Origin: an uncultured Butyricicoccus sp.
Lineage (GTDB): Bacteria; Bacillota; Clostridia; Oscillospirales; Butyricicoccaceae
DNA: 64,000 nt
Assembly: GCA_944381005.1 (NCBI GenBank)
Contig: CALWJM010000008.1
Location: 713-64,712, forward strand
Direction of reading: 5' to 3'
Below are positions 55,041-64,000 of the stretch, piece by piece; position 1 is the stretch's first letter; each line of letters opens with the position of its first letter. The notes beneath the pieces were generated by a model. The model made no database searches. It had not been told where the DNA came from and saw only the letters and a list, made by a program, of their open reading frames with translations. The position numbers and the translations under genes are program-made.

Positions 55041-56054
55041 ATGGTTACGATACAAGATATTGCACAAATCGCGGGTGTTTCCAAGGCAACAGTATCGCGG
55101 GTGATAAATCGTACCGGATATGTCAATGAAAAAACGCGCGAGCGTGTGCAGGCGGTTATCGAGCAATATCATTACAGCCCATCGGCTTCAGCGGTGAATT
55201 TGTCCAGACGTGAAACCAATACGATTGGTGTGATAGTGCCTGAGATTGCCAATACATTTTTTGGGGAATTGCTGCATGGTATCGGTGAAGTGATTGATAA
55301 GACCGATTTTACTTCATTTTACTTCGATAGTGATAACAATAGCGACAAAGAGGAACGCGCGATTCTGGCATTGGAACAGCAGCGTGTACGGGGATTGCTG
55401 ATTACTCCGGCACAAGATTCAGATGCTGCGGTGAATCGGCGGCTATATAGCTATTTGGAACGATTGAACGTGCCGACCGTTGTGGTTGACCGTGATTTTC
55501 CAGGCTCTAAATGGGATGGTGTGTTTTTTGAAAACTACCAGAGCGGTTATTGTGCAGCCCAAGCACTGATTGCAGCCAACAATCAAACACTTGGTATGAT
55601 TACAGGTGATTTGCGTTTGAAAATTGCACGAGAGCGTTATGAAGGCTTTTTGCAGGCGGCACAGGATAACGGATACCCAGTGGCCGATAAGCATATTTAT
55701 CAGGGCGATTTCACCATTGAAGGGGCATATCAAGCAGCCAAACAGATGTTAGAATCCAAGGATTGTCCGCAGGCTGTTTTGACAAGCAATAATCTGACGT
55801 CTTTGGGCTTTTTGAAAGCGGTCACAGAAAAAGGAATGCGGATTGGGAGAGATATTGCCGTCATAGGCATTGACCATATTCCAGAATTGGATATATTGAA
55901 TTATGGGTTTAGTTGTGTGGCGCGTGACACTGTGCAAATGGGGCGATTGGCCATGCAGGTGCTGCTTGAACGCATGGCCAACCCGGACAAACAGCGACAA
56001 ATCTGCATGGTTCCGCATCACTTAATACTGCGTGGAAGCGAAAAAATGGATTGA
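55041..56054 (+). CDS. LacI family repressor
   Basis: VTIQDIAQIAGVSKATVSRVIN HTH, YSPS..A..L, sugar-binding fold; TTGACA promoter at 54952. Confidence 0.93.
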   Translation: MVTIQDIAQIAGVSKATVSRVINRTGYVNEKTRERVQAVIEQYHYSPSASAVNLSRRETNTIGVIVPEIANTFFGELLHGIGEVIDKTDFTSFYFDSDNNSDKEERAILALEQQRVRGLLITPAQDSDAAVNRRLYSYLERLNVPTVVVDRDFPGSKWDGVFFENYQSGYCAAQALIAANNQTLGMITGDLRLKIARERYEGFLQAAQDNGYPVADKHIYQGDFTIEGAYQAAKQMLESKDCPQAVLTSNNLTSLGFLKAVTEKGMRIGRDIAVIGIDHIPELDILNYGFSCVARDTVQMGRLAMQVLLERMANPDKQRQICMVPHHLILRGSEKMD

Positions 56055-56073
56055 AGAATCCATTTTTTTACCC

Positions 56074-56097
56074 AAATATGTAACCGGTTACATATTT
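56074..56097. promoter_or_regulatory. LacI-type operator, perfect 24-bp palindrome
   Basis: AAATATGTAACC|GGTTACATATTT; related sites at 54870-54884 and 54994-55008; lacI terminator at 56041-56069 just upstream. Confidence 0.85.
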
Positions 56098-56137
56098 GCT
56101 TATTCATATAAAAATAAACACAGAAAGGAAAAAAGAC

Positions 56138-57121
56138 ATGATTTACAAGTCCGTAGAAAAAATTCAGGAGAAAATTTCGTGCATCGGCATTGGCTGCTGG
56201 AACTTTGGCGGAGATTGGGACAGTAGCGCGGAGGAAAACTCGATTGCCATTGTTCATGCAGCAATGGATTTCGGTATCAACTTTTTTGATGTTGCTCCAG
56301 TATATGGTTGGGGAGTATCGGAACAGATACTGGGTAAGGCGCTAAAGCAAGACGGTAGAAGAGACAAAGTGCTGATTGCCTCTAAAGGTGGCTTGCTCTG
56401 GAATGAAGCGCATCAGACCACTAACAACCTGTCAAGAGATAGCTTACTTCGGGAGTGTGAGGATAGTTTACGCCGGTTGCAGACCGATTATATTGATATT
56501 TACCAGATGCACTGGCCGGATGACAAGGTACCACTTGAGGAGACCGCAGAAGCGTTGATTCGGCTCAAAGAACAGGGAAAAATCCGGTATGTGGGATTGA
56601 GCAACTTTGCGCAGCGCGATGTAGATAGGATGATGACCATGATATCGGTTGATTGTCAGCAAAGTTTGTACAATATGCTTGAGCGCAATACGGCATCTTA
56701 TCATGGTATTCCATTGCCTTATCGGACAGAGGAGGAAGTGCTGCCCAATGTGAAAAAGCATGGTCAGGCGTTTTTGCCGTATAGCCCGCTGTTTCAAGGA
56801 CTGCTGGCGGGACGCTTTTTAGATGGACAAAAGTTTTCTGCGCGAGATATCCGTAATGCAAACCCGAAATTGTCCGGTGAACAGTTTGAAGTGTATGCGC
56901 AATGCGCGCGGAAGCTGCGGACGTTGGCGGAAGAAATGGGCAGACCGCTTAATGAACTGGCGCTCAATTGGCTGCGCCAGAAACCCGAAGTAACCTCGAT
57001 TATCGGCGGTGCATCCAGTTATGAGCAACTGGAAAAGAATGTCCATTGCATCACTTGGGAGATTGCCGACCAGCAGATGCAGCAGATAGAGTCAATTATT
57101 CACCCATTTCAGTATCAATAA
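56138..57121 (+). CDS. Aldo/keto reductase (IolS/YhdN-like)
   Basis: IGIGCW, FFDVAPVYG, IASKGG, SLRRLQTDYIDIYQMHWPD, GKIRYVGLSN, PYSPLFQGLL; ATG 56138 after AAAGGA. Confidence 0.92.
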   Translation: MIYKSVEKIQEKISCIGIGCWNFGGDWDSSAEENSIAIVHAAMDFGINFFDVAPVYGWGVSEQILGKALKQDGRRDKVLIASKGGLLWNEAHQTTNNLSRDSLLRECEDSLRRLQTDYIDIYQMHWPDDKVPLEETAEALIRLKEQGKIRYVGLSNFAQRDVDRMMTMISVDCQQSLYNMLERNTASYHGIPLPYRTEEEVLPNVKKHGQAFLPYSPLFQGLLAGRFLDGQKFSARDIRNANPKLSGEQFEVYAQCARKLRTLAEEMGRPLNELALNWLRQKPEVTSIIGGASSYEQLEKNVHCITWEIADQQMQQIESIIHPFQYQ

Positions 57122-57154
57122 GGCGGTATTCATACAGCAATAAGAGGAACAGGC

Positions 57155-57535
57155 ATGATTGCAGCGTATTGCACCGGATTACAGCATATCGGCATCCCGA
57201 CCGATGACCCGATGGAGACAGAGGCGTTTTATCAAAAACTTGGATTTACTACGGTTTACCGCACAGAAACTGCGAATGGGCCGGTTATTTTTACCCAGTT
57301 GAACAATCTTCAACTGGAAATTTATCAGCAGAAGCCGGTACGCGCAGCGGGCGCGATTGACCACATCGCAATTGATGTGACTAATATACAAGCCTGTTAT
57401 GATTGGGCACGGGAAAATGACATGAAGATTCTGACAGATGGCATTGCCTCTCATGCGTTTTGGGATAACGGGATTCGTTATTTTATTATTGAAGGGCCTA
57501 ATACAGAAAAGATTGAGTTTTGTCAGATTTTATAA
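57155..57535 (+). CDS. VOC (glyoxalase/epimerase) family protein
   Basis: LQHIGI, FYQKLGF, LEIY, IDHIAIDV, GPNTEKIEF metal-ligand pattern. Confidence 0.9.
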   Translation: MIAAYCTGLQHIGIPTDDPMETEAFYQKLGFTTVYRTETANGPVIFTQLNNLQLEIYQQKPVRAAGAIDHIAIDVTNIQACYDWARENDMKILTDGIASHAFWDNGIRYFIIEGPNTEKIEFCQIL

Positions 57536-57562
57536 TGTGAATAGATGTATCAGTTGACTATT

Positions 57563-57601
57563 GGGGCGCAAGTGTATCAAAAATCACTTGCGCCCCTGTT
57601 T
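57563..57601 (+). terminator. Probable terminator after VOC gene
   Basis: 12-bp stem GGGGCGCAAGTG/CACTTGCGCCCC then TGTTT. Confidence 0.7.
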
Positions 57602-57626
57602 GATTGCTATTCGAGCGGGCAATTTT

Positions 57627-57703
57627 GTTACAAAGTGTAACTTGACTTTGTTATTCTACTATTGTAGAATATAGCCATCAAAATAGTTTCACATTTGTAG
57701 AAT
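57627..57703 (+). promoter_or_regulatory. blaI promoter with palindromic BlaI/CopY-type boxes
   Basis: TTGACT-17-TAGAAT (57642-57670); ATTCTAC-tatt-GTAGAAT over the -10; TTTCACATTTGTAGAAT at 57687; GTTACA-aag-TGTAAC at 57627. Confidence 0.7.
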
Positions 57704-57715
57704 AGGAGGAATGGT

Positions 57716-58087
57716 ATGGACAAGAACAAACGGTTGCCCGATGCCGAACTGGAGGTCATGCAGGCGGTTTGGTCGCTTACGCCGCCCGTCACCGCGGCAG
57801 AAGTGCAACAAAAGGTGCCGAGCGATTGGAAAGCGACAAGCGTGTTGACCTTTCTTTTTCGGCTGTGCGAAAAGGGTTTTCTTTCGTGCGAAAAACAGGG
57901 GCGGCAAAACTTATACACGCCGTGCGTTACGCGCGAAGCCTATTTGCAGCGCGAGAGCCGTAGCTTTGTGGAGCGTCTGTGCGGCGGGTCGGTCAAGAAC
58001 CTCGTGGCGAGCCTGTCGGATGCGGGAGCGTTGACCGAAGATGACATCGACGAATTGCGCGCCTTTTTGGATGCGCAGGGGCGGTAA
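57716..58087 (+). CDS. BlaI/MecI/CopY family repressor
   Basis: LPDAELEVMQAVW, W..TSV.TFL.RL..KG, SVKNLVASL, DIDELR. Confidence 0.93.
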   Translation: MDKNKRLPDAELEVMQAVWSLTPPVTAAEVQQKVPSDWKATSVLTFLFRLCEKGFLSCEKQGRQNLYTPCVTREAYLQRESRSFVERLCGGSVKNLVASLSDAGALTEDDIDELRAFLDAQGR

Positions 58088-58102
58088 GATAGGGGGGAGA
58101 AT

Positions 58103-60523
58103 ATGTTACGCTTTGCATGGAACGATTTGTTTAACAATCTTGTGCAGATTGGGTTGACCGTGTCGGTGGTGGCGCTTTTGCTGTTTTTACTGCGCAAGAC
58201 ACTCAAAAAGCGTTATCCTGCGCGTGTGATGTGTATGGTGTGGGCGGTGCTTGCGCTCCGGTTGCTCGTGCCCGTGCAGCTGACATTACCCGACCCGCCT
58301 GTGCAGGTCGAACCGCGCACGACCTATTTCACGCGCACAGATTCCACACCCGCGCAGATTGCATCGGATGAACAAATCATGACCGACCATTGGATAACAC
58401 AGCAGCAGGCGCAAGACATTCAGCAAACCAGCGGTTCGACAGCAATCAAGACATTTGATGTTGGAGGGGTACTGTTTGCGTTGTGGGGCGTGGGCGCGCT
58501 GGCTTTCGCAATCTGGCAAGGATACCAGTATTTGACGTTCTGTTATGTGATGCGGCGAAGCAGCTATCCGGCTGAACGGAATATGTTACTGACTGTGTTT
58601 GCCGAGCAAAAACGCGCCCTTCATATTACCCGAAATATCCAGATACAAGTTACACCCGCAGCCGATTGCCCAATGTTGGCGGGATTCGTGCGGCCTGTGC
58701 TCTATCTGCCAGACCAAACACTATCGGAACAGGACGCGGTATTTATTTTTCGACATGAGCTGACGCACTATAAACGGCGTGACCTGTGGCTGAAACTGAT
58801 ATTGGTCGCGGCACGGGCGGTACACTGGTTCAATCCAGTGATACACCAGATGGCACGATTGGCTCAGGAAGATATTGAGATGGCTTGCGACGAAGCGGTA
58901 GTGCGTGGCATGGACGTTTCAGCGCGCCGCGCCTACGGTCAAACTATCCTGCGTTCGGTGGAAAAACAGATAAAAAAGCGCGCGCTGGTGTCGTGCTTTG
59001 CCGGAGATAAGGAGGGCCTTATGAGACGGTTTGAAGGATTATTTGATAAAAGCATTAAAAAGCGCGGTGTCGCGTTGGTCGTTGGGGCGGCGGTTCTGGT
59101 CGGCACATTGGGTTGCGCGTTTTCGGTAGGCGAGAACCAAGCGCATTTAACACAAACAGAGTGTATTGCAATGGCCGAACAGTGGATGAGCGGCAATTAC
59201 CGCGATGCCGAGCCGTGGTATGATATGTTGGAAAGTAGCCTTGCGCAAAAACTGTATGAACAGCAAAAAACGCTGGGTACGCAAACCGGTCTGACAGATG
59301 GCGAACCATTGTGGAAAATCGGTACATCCAGCCCGTCGGTTAGTCGCTTCACGGTCATACCCGATGTTGAAAACCAACAGGCGGTTATTGTGACCGAATG
59401 GACTGCATCAGACAGTGTGCCCACCCGTCGAGCCGAGCGCATCCACTTCAAAAAGGTAGGAAACGAATGGAAAGTCAGTCAGGTAGAGGGCAACCCCTAT
59501 ATCAACGACAAACCGTTTGTGGATACGGCAGACAGCTTGGAACATTTCCGTATTCTGTATGAAAATGACCTCGGTTTGTCGGGCGCATTGTTTGAAAGCC
59601 TTGAAGAAACCGTGGTGGAATCGCTGCAACTAACAGGCGGTAAGTTGGAAATCGTGCGCAGTTGGGATGAAACGGGCGATGGGAACGATGATATGTCACT
59701 TATGCGGTATACCTTTGCAGACGGTGAGCAACTTGACTTGACCATTGCGGGCGGCAATGTACAGGATTACACCTATGACGGTGGTAAGAACAACCGCACC
59801 GCCGCCGACCTTGCGCAGCAATATGCGCGTGCGGTGGCGCATAAGTCGGTATGGCCAGCCTATCCCGTATTGTCAACACAAGGTCAGCAGCAAATGGCAG
59901 ACAGCCAGCGTGTATTGGCTGGAAGTGAGCCGGATGGGGTTTGGTACACAAAGTATGGCGGTTCGTCGCCCACGGTCACAGAGTATGTGTTGATACCCGG
60001 CAAAGGGCAGGATACTTATGTGGCAGTATTCCAACTGCATGGTGGCGGTGCGACCGATTACCGCTCTGCGATAGCAATTACCGCTGGCAAGGAAAATGGC
60101 CGCATGGTTATCACCGAGATGGAGCGGTGTGACGAGAACCTGTCCTTTATACAGGAACAACTGTCCGGACAGGATTCCGGGTACACAATGAGTGAGATTT
60201 TCGGCCTATATTATGATTCAGGATTGCCGTGGCCGACCATTCCAGAGGGCGCGATAGACTTTAATGGAGCCTCGCTGGACACGCTGACGCGCGTGCGCGC
60301 TGCGGCTGAAACGGTATTCAGCTACATCGGCGAGCCAGTCGAGCACGTTGAGGGTGACCAGCTTTTGATTACGTTGGAGAGCTGGTTCACTAGCGAGGTC
60401 ATTTCGGAGGGCGATACCGAAGCGGTTGTGCGGCTGCACTTTGCGGATAACAGCCCATCTGTGGATGTACAGATGTACAAAACCGGTGCGTATTGGCTGC
60501 CGATTGGTCTTATGATTCAGTAG
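58103..60523 (+). CDS. BlaR1-like M56 metallopeptidase with large duplicated extracellular domain
   Basis: N-terminal TMs, PMLAGFVRP.LYLP, HELTH..RRD (HExxH), WFNP, EMACDE; C-terminus lacks penicillin-binding SxxK context. Confidence 0.9.
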   Translation: MLRFAWNDLFNNLVQIGLTVSVVALLLFLLRKTLKKRYPARVMCMVWAVLALRLLVPVQLTLPDPPVQVEPRTTYFTRTDSTPAQIASDEQIMTDHWITQQQAQDIQQTSGSTAIKTFDVGGVLFALWGVGALAFAIWQGYQYLTFCYVMRRSSYPAERNMLLTVFAEQKRALHITRNIQIQVTPAADCPMLAGFVRPVLYLPDQTLSEQDAVFIFRHELTHYKRRDLWLKLILVAARAVHWFNPVIHQMARLAQEDIEMACDEAVVRGMDVSARRAYGQTILRSVEKQIKKRALVSCFAGDKEGLMRRFEGLFDKSIKKRGVALVVGAAVLVGTLGCAFSVGENQAHLTQTECIAMAEQWMSGNYRDAEPWYDMLESSLAQKLYEQQKTLGTQTGLTDGEPLWKIGTSSPSVSRFTVIPDVENQQAVIVTEWTASDSVPTRRAERIHFKKVGNEWKVSQVEGNPYINDKPFVDTADSLEHFRILYENDLGLSGALFESLEETVVESLQLTGGKLEIVRSWDETGDGNDDMSLMRYTFADGEQLDLTIAGGNVQDYTYDGGKNNRTAADLAQQYARAVAHKSVWPAYPVLSTQGQQQMADSQRVLAGSEPDGVWYTKYGGSSPTVTEYVLIPGKGQDTYVAVFQLHGGGATDYRSAIAITAGKENGRMVITEMERCDENLSFIQEQLSGQDSGYTMSEIFGLYYDSGLPWPTIPEGAIDFNGASLDTLTRVRAAAETVFSYIGEPVEHVEGDQLLITLESWFTSEVISEGDTEAVVRLHFADNSPSVDVQMYKTGAYWLPIGLMIQ

Positions 60524-60555
60524 GCCGTTGAGAACGCACAAAGGAGAAAGATTTA

Positions 60556-61388
60556 TCACACACTTTTTTCTGCATAGCGATAATCGCTGGGCGCACAGCC
60601 ATAGGTTTTTTTGAAAAGCTTGAGAATGCCATGGAATCGTCAAACCCCATAGAGTTTGCAATGATGGAAATGGGCAGGTCGGTAGTTCGCAGCAGTTGGC
60701 AAGCTTTCTGCAATTTCAAATTCAACAAGTATTGTTTCGGGGTTACATGATATTTTTGATGAAATACGCGGGTTAGATAGTTGGGATGAACGCCGAAATT
60801 GTGCGCAACATCTTTAAGCTTGAGTTTTTCCGAGTAGTTGATGTCCAAGAAAAACTTTACTTCGTCCACCACAGAATTTTTGCCCCAGTTACGTTCATCA
60901 AATTCAGCATCTCGGAACAATTCTCCCAGTACTTGCAACAACAGTCCATTTCCTTTGAAATATCGTTCTGTGGCGGTTCCATCTAGTTCCAAGATTTGGG
61001 CAATAAGTGTGCGGTATTTTTCTGTGTTTAAGCCGTGTAAAAGGTATGGTTCTGGTGACGAACCCATCAGTTGGTAGAGGTACATTTGAGAGTTGATGCC
61101 CAAGAAGCTAATCCAAGTGTAGCACCAGGGATTGTCCCAATCGGCAGAGTAATAAGAAATTTTACCGGAAGGAATCAAGAATGCGTCCCCAGCCCCCAAA
61201 TGAAAAGTATGTCCGTCGATTTCCAATTCCCCTTTTCCGGACAGAATAAAATGTATCAGCTGATAGGAACGGTAGACAGGGCCGTAGTGATGCCCTGGCT
61301 GGCATGTTTCATACCCGGCACTGTACAGCGAAAGATCTGAAATCTGCTTTTGCTGTAAGGTGTGCCGGGTTTCTTTGTATTCAATCAT
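60556..61388 (-). pseudogene. AraC (MsmR-like) regulator with 1-nt frameshift in the C-terminal HTH
   Basis: Cupin (YGP..R.Y.LIHFILSGKG) plus HTH; canonical FKKTYGCAPSDYR* appears only in the shifted frame; as written the ORF runs to 60510 into the M56 gene. Confidence 0.75.
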
Positions 61389-61521
61389 AAAGTCAGTATA
61401 ACATAAAAAGTTTGTTTTTTCCATATCTTGCTGAAGTATTTCCATAGCACAATCTATTTGGCTATGATTTAATAAAGATACAGAAAATAACAATAAAATC
61501 AATAGAAAAGGGGGATAGCCT

Positions 61522-62916
61522 TTGTATATTTCTAAAAAACAAAGCTGGCATATTGAGCCGCCCTGGGGGCTGCTCAACGACCCAAACGGTTTGATTTGGT
61601 ATAAGGGAAATTACCATGTCTTTTTCCAGTGGAATCGTTTTGCAAAAGACCATTCAAACAAGGCGTGGGGATGGTGTGTCTCATCGGATTTCGTCCATTG
61701 GCAGTTTCGCGGGAGTGCGCTGCTGCCCGACCAGCCCTATGACGCCCAAGGGGTCTATTCAGGAAGCGCTATGGAAATTAACGGGCGATTGTGCCTGTAC
61801 TACACTGGAAACGTCAAGCAAAACGGTTGCCGTACCAGTAGCCAGTGTTTGGCTATTAGCGAAGATGGACTGCATTTTCAAAAGCAAGGGCCGCTCATCA
61901 CCACACCCTCTGGATATACCGAGCATGTCCGCGACCCTAAGGTAATGGCCGCGCCAAACGGCGGCTACTGGATGGTACTTGGTGCCCAACAAAGGAACGG
62001 ATTTGGTGCGGTATTGCTCTATACGTCTAAGGATGGCTTTCAATGGACTCCCTATGGCACAGTGGGTCTTTCTCAGGAATACCAGATGATTGAGTGTCCA
62101 GACCTTTTTGTTTTGGGGGAGAAAAAGGTGCTGCTTTACTGTCCTCAGTATCGTGACAACGCCACTGATTCCGCACTGAATTCTTTTTCGGCATACAAAG
62201 TGTTAGATGACCAGCCCGATGCCATGCCACAACAGACCGATTTGGATATTGACTGGCAGCGGTTGGATGAGGGATTTGATTTCTATGCACCTCAAACTTT
62301 TTTAACACCGGATGGACGTCGGGTTTTGTTGGGGTGGATGTCTCGGATGGAAGGTGAAGAGGAAACTGCGTTTGCAGAAAAAGAACCGCGTGTGCATTGC
62401 TTGACTATGCCGCGAGAACTTTTGCTGCAAGGAAACCGACTTTGCCAGCGTCCTGTAAAGGAGTTAAGGCAATTATCCGGCACACTGGTTCCAGCCAACA
62501 AGACCCAAGTAAACGAAAGTTTTTATCATTTGACCACGCGAGCCTTTCGTTTTACACTGGAAAATTTGGACTTCTGTGAACATTTATGTTTGACGCTTCA
62601 CGATGGGGAATGGCGCTTTGAATATGATGTATCCAGCCATCAAGCCCAAGTGTGCCGCCGTCGCTGGATTGACAGCGGTGAAGATTTGCGCAGCATTTTT
62701 CTACCAGAACTTACAGGGCTGGAACTTTGGTGTGACCAGTCCAGTGTGGAACTTTTTCTCAACAACGGCGAATTTGTTTTCTCAGCTCGTATCTGTCCCA
62801 CTGCGGCACACCCTTCATTGCGTGCAGTGGGTATTTCCGGGGAAATCTCAGCGCAGCTTATGCTGTTGCCAGAAAATTTATATCAATATTTACCGAAAGA
62901 GGAGGAAACACCATGA
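61522..62916 (+). CDS. scrB: GH32 sucrose-6-phosphate hydrolase
   Basis: LNDPNG, YSGSA, RDPKV, MIECPD, DFYAPQTF; TTG start after GGGGGA. Confidence 0.88.
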   Translation: MYISKKQSWHIEPPWGLLNDPNGLIWYKGNYHVFFQWNRFAKDHSNKAWGWCVSSDFVHWQFRGSALLPDQPYDAQGVYSGSAMEINGRLCLYYTGNVKQNGCRTSSQCLAISEDGLHFQKQGPLITTPSGYTEHVRDPKVMAAPNGGYWMVLGAQQRNGFGAVLLYTSKDGFQWTPYGTVGLSQEYQMIECPDLFVLGEKKVLLYCPQYRDNATDSALNSFSAYKVLDDQPDAMPQQTDLDIDWQRLDEGFDFYAPQTFLTPDGRRVLLGWMSRMEGEEETAFAEKEPRVHCLTMPRELLLQGNRLCQRPVKELRQLSGTLVPANKTQVNESFYHLTTRAFRFTLENLDFCEHLCLTLHDGEWRFEYDVSSHQAQVCRRRWIDSGEDLRSIFLPELTGLELWCDQSSVELFLNNGEFVFSARICPTAAHPSLRAVGISGEISAQLMLLPENLYQYLPKEEETP

Positions 62917-64000
62917 CAGAAAAGGAAATTGCCCAAGCTTTATTGCCGCTGATTGGTGGCAAAGAAAACATCGTCTCCGTAATGCACTGTGCTACCCGAC
63001 TGCGTATTGTAGTCAACGACAAAGATAAGATTCAAGTCAAAGAGGTCGAGAATCTCGAACAAGCCAAAGGTTCTTTTTTCAATGCGGGACAGTACCAAAT
63101 TATTTTTGGTACTGGGCTGGTCAACCGTGTATATGATGCAGTGATGGACGAGTTGGGTCTGCAACCAGAGGCCGCGACCGTGGACGAGGCACCAAAGAAG
63201 CCTGTGACCGGCAACCGCTTTCAGCGAGCTATCCGAATGTTCTCTGATGTGTTCGTACCCATTATCCCAGTGCTGGTTGCTACCGGTCTTTTCATGGGTT
63301 TGCGCGGCCTGCTTACGCAAGAAGCGGTGCTAGGGGTATTCGGCCTGACGTCTGATGCAGTACCACAGCAGTTATTACTTTTTACCCAAATACTGACCGA
63401 TACAGCCTTTGCATTTTTGCCAGCACTGGTATGTTGGTCTACCTTCAAAAACTTCGGCGGCAGCCCGGTTATTGGTATTGTGCTGGGTCTGATGTTGGTC
63501 AGCAACAGTTTACCGTCTGCCTATGATGTAGGTTCGGGTGTGGCTGAGCCGTTGACCTTCTTTGGATTCATTTCGGTGGCGGGTTATCAGGGCTCGGTTC
63601 TTCCGGCTTTTGCAACCGGTGTATTGGCTGCCAAATTTGAAAAATTTTTGCGTAAACATGTACCCGATGCCATTGACTTGATTGTTACACCCTTCCTGAC
63701 ATTGTTGGTTGGCATCCTGTTGGCTCTGTTTGCATTGGGGCCTATCCTGCACACGGTAGAAAATGGTGTTCTTTTTGTGGTAGAAGGCTTGCTGACGCTG
63801 CCAATGGGAATCGGCGGTTTGATTTATGGCAGCTTTGGTCAGCTTCTCGGTATCTTTGGTATTCACCATATCCTGAACTTCTTAGAGATTAGTATGCTGG
63901 CACAGGACGGTTGGAACTACCTCAATCCTATCGGTACTTGCGGAAATGTTGCTCAGGCTGGCGCTGTATTGGCTGTGGCCATCAAGGCGTACTCTGCCAA
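62913..64000 (+). CDS. scrA: PTS EIIBC, sucrose/Glc-family type (runs off window end; absent from ORF track)
   Basis: ATG 62913 after GGAGG, overlapping scrB stop; MTEKEIAQALLPLIGGKENIVSVMHCATRLR, YQIIFGTGLVN, DVFVPIIP, GYQGSVLP. Confidence 0.88.
   Translation, partial: MTEKEIAQALLPLIGGKENIVSVMHCATRLRIVVNDKDKIQVKEVENLEQAKGSFFNAGQYQIIFGTGLVNRVYDAVMDELGLQPEAATVDEAPKKPVTGNRFQRAIRMFSDVFVPIIPVLVATGLFMGLRGLLTQEAVLGVFGLTSDAVPQQLLLFTQILTDTAFAFLPALVCWSTFKNFGGSPVIGIVLGLMLVSNSLPSAYDVGSGVAEPLTFFGFISVAGYQGSVLPAFATGVLAAKFEKFLRKHVPDAIDLIVTPFLTLLVGILLALFALGPILHTVENGVLFVVEGLLTLPMGIGGLIYGSFGQLLGIFGIHHILNFLEISMLAQDGWNYLNPIGTCGNVAQAGAVLAVAIKAYSA

Noticed and set aside
1-64000. CRISPR arrays, tRNA/rRNA, IS/integrase/prophage genes
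   Set aside because: No regularly spaced direct repeats, cloverleaf or rRNA-like stretches, or mobile-element ORFs seen; longest intergenic gap is ~730 bp.

Overview
Chromosomal window from an anaerobic Clostridia-class firmicute (gene content and style suggest Oscillospiraceae/Butyricicoccaceae; this is an inference). I found no rRNA, tRNA, CRISPR array, transposase or integrase. Contents in order: a partial MCP; housekeeping genes (amidase, ROK kinase, hprK, rpmB); a SUV3-like helicase with unusual terminal modules; pepF; a redox block (nitroreductase, group B [FeFe]-hydrogenase, moaC, hcp); an orphan NYN/PIN protein; a signalling island (hybrid kinase + Hpt + response regulator with degenerate HD-GYP, an MCP, and a [FeFe]-hydrogenase fused to a chemoreceptor domain); galKETM/mglBAC/galR; a 10-kb PRD-regulated Lac/Cel-family PTS locus with glycosylasparaginase, PepV-like peptidase, a GrdB-N-terminal-like protein, CutC, YitT, RDD and a MupG/DUF871 protein; a MATE pump behind a structured attenuator-like leader; GH35; a 5'-truncated glycerate kinase; a LacI-AKR-VOC unit; a BlaI/M56 pair with a duplicated non-PBP sensor; a frameshifted AraC gene; and a sucrose-type GH32/PTS pair. 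Strongest candidates for an undescribed system: the PTS locus (probable glyco-asparagine/N-glycan-core catabolism with two uncharacterised enzymes) and the hydrogenase-chemoreceptor beside a pseudo-phosphodiesterase phosphorelay. All family assignments come from recognising motifs by eye; no database searches were run.
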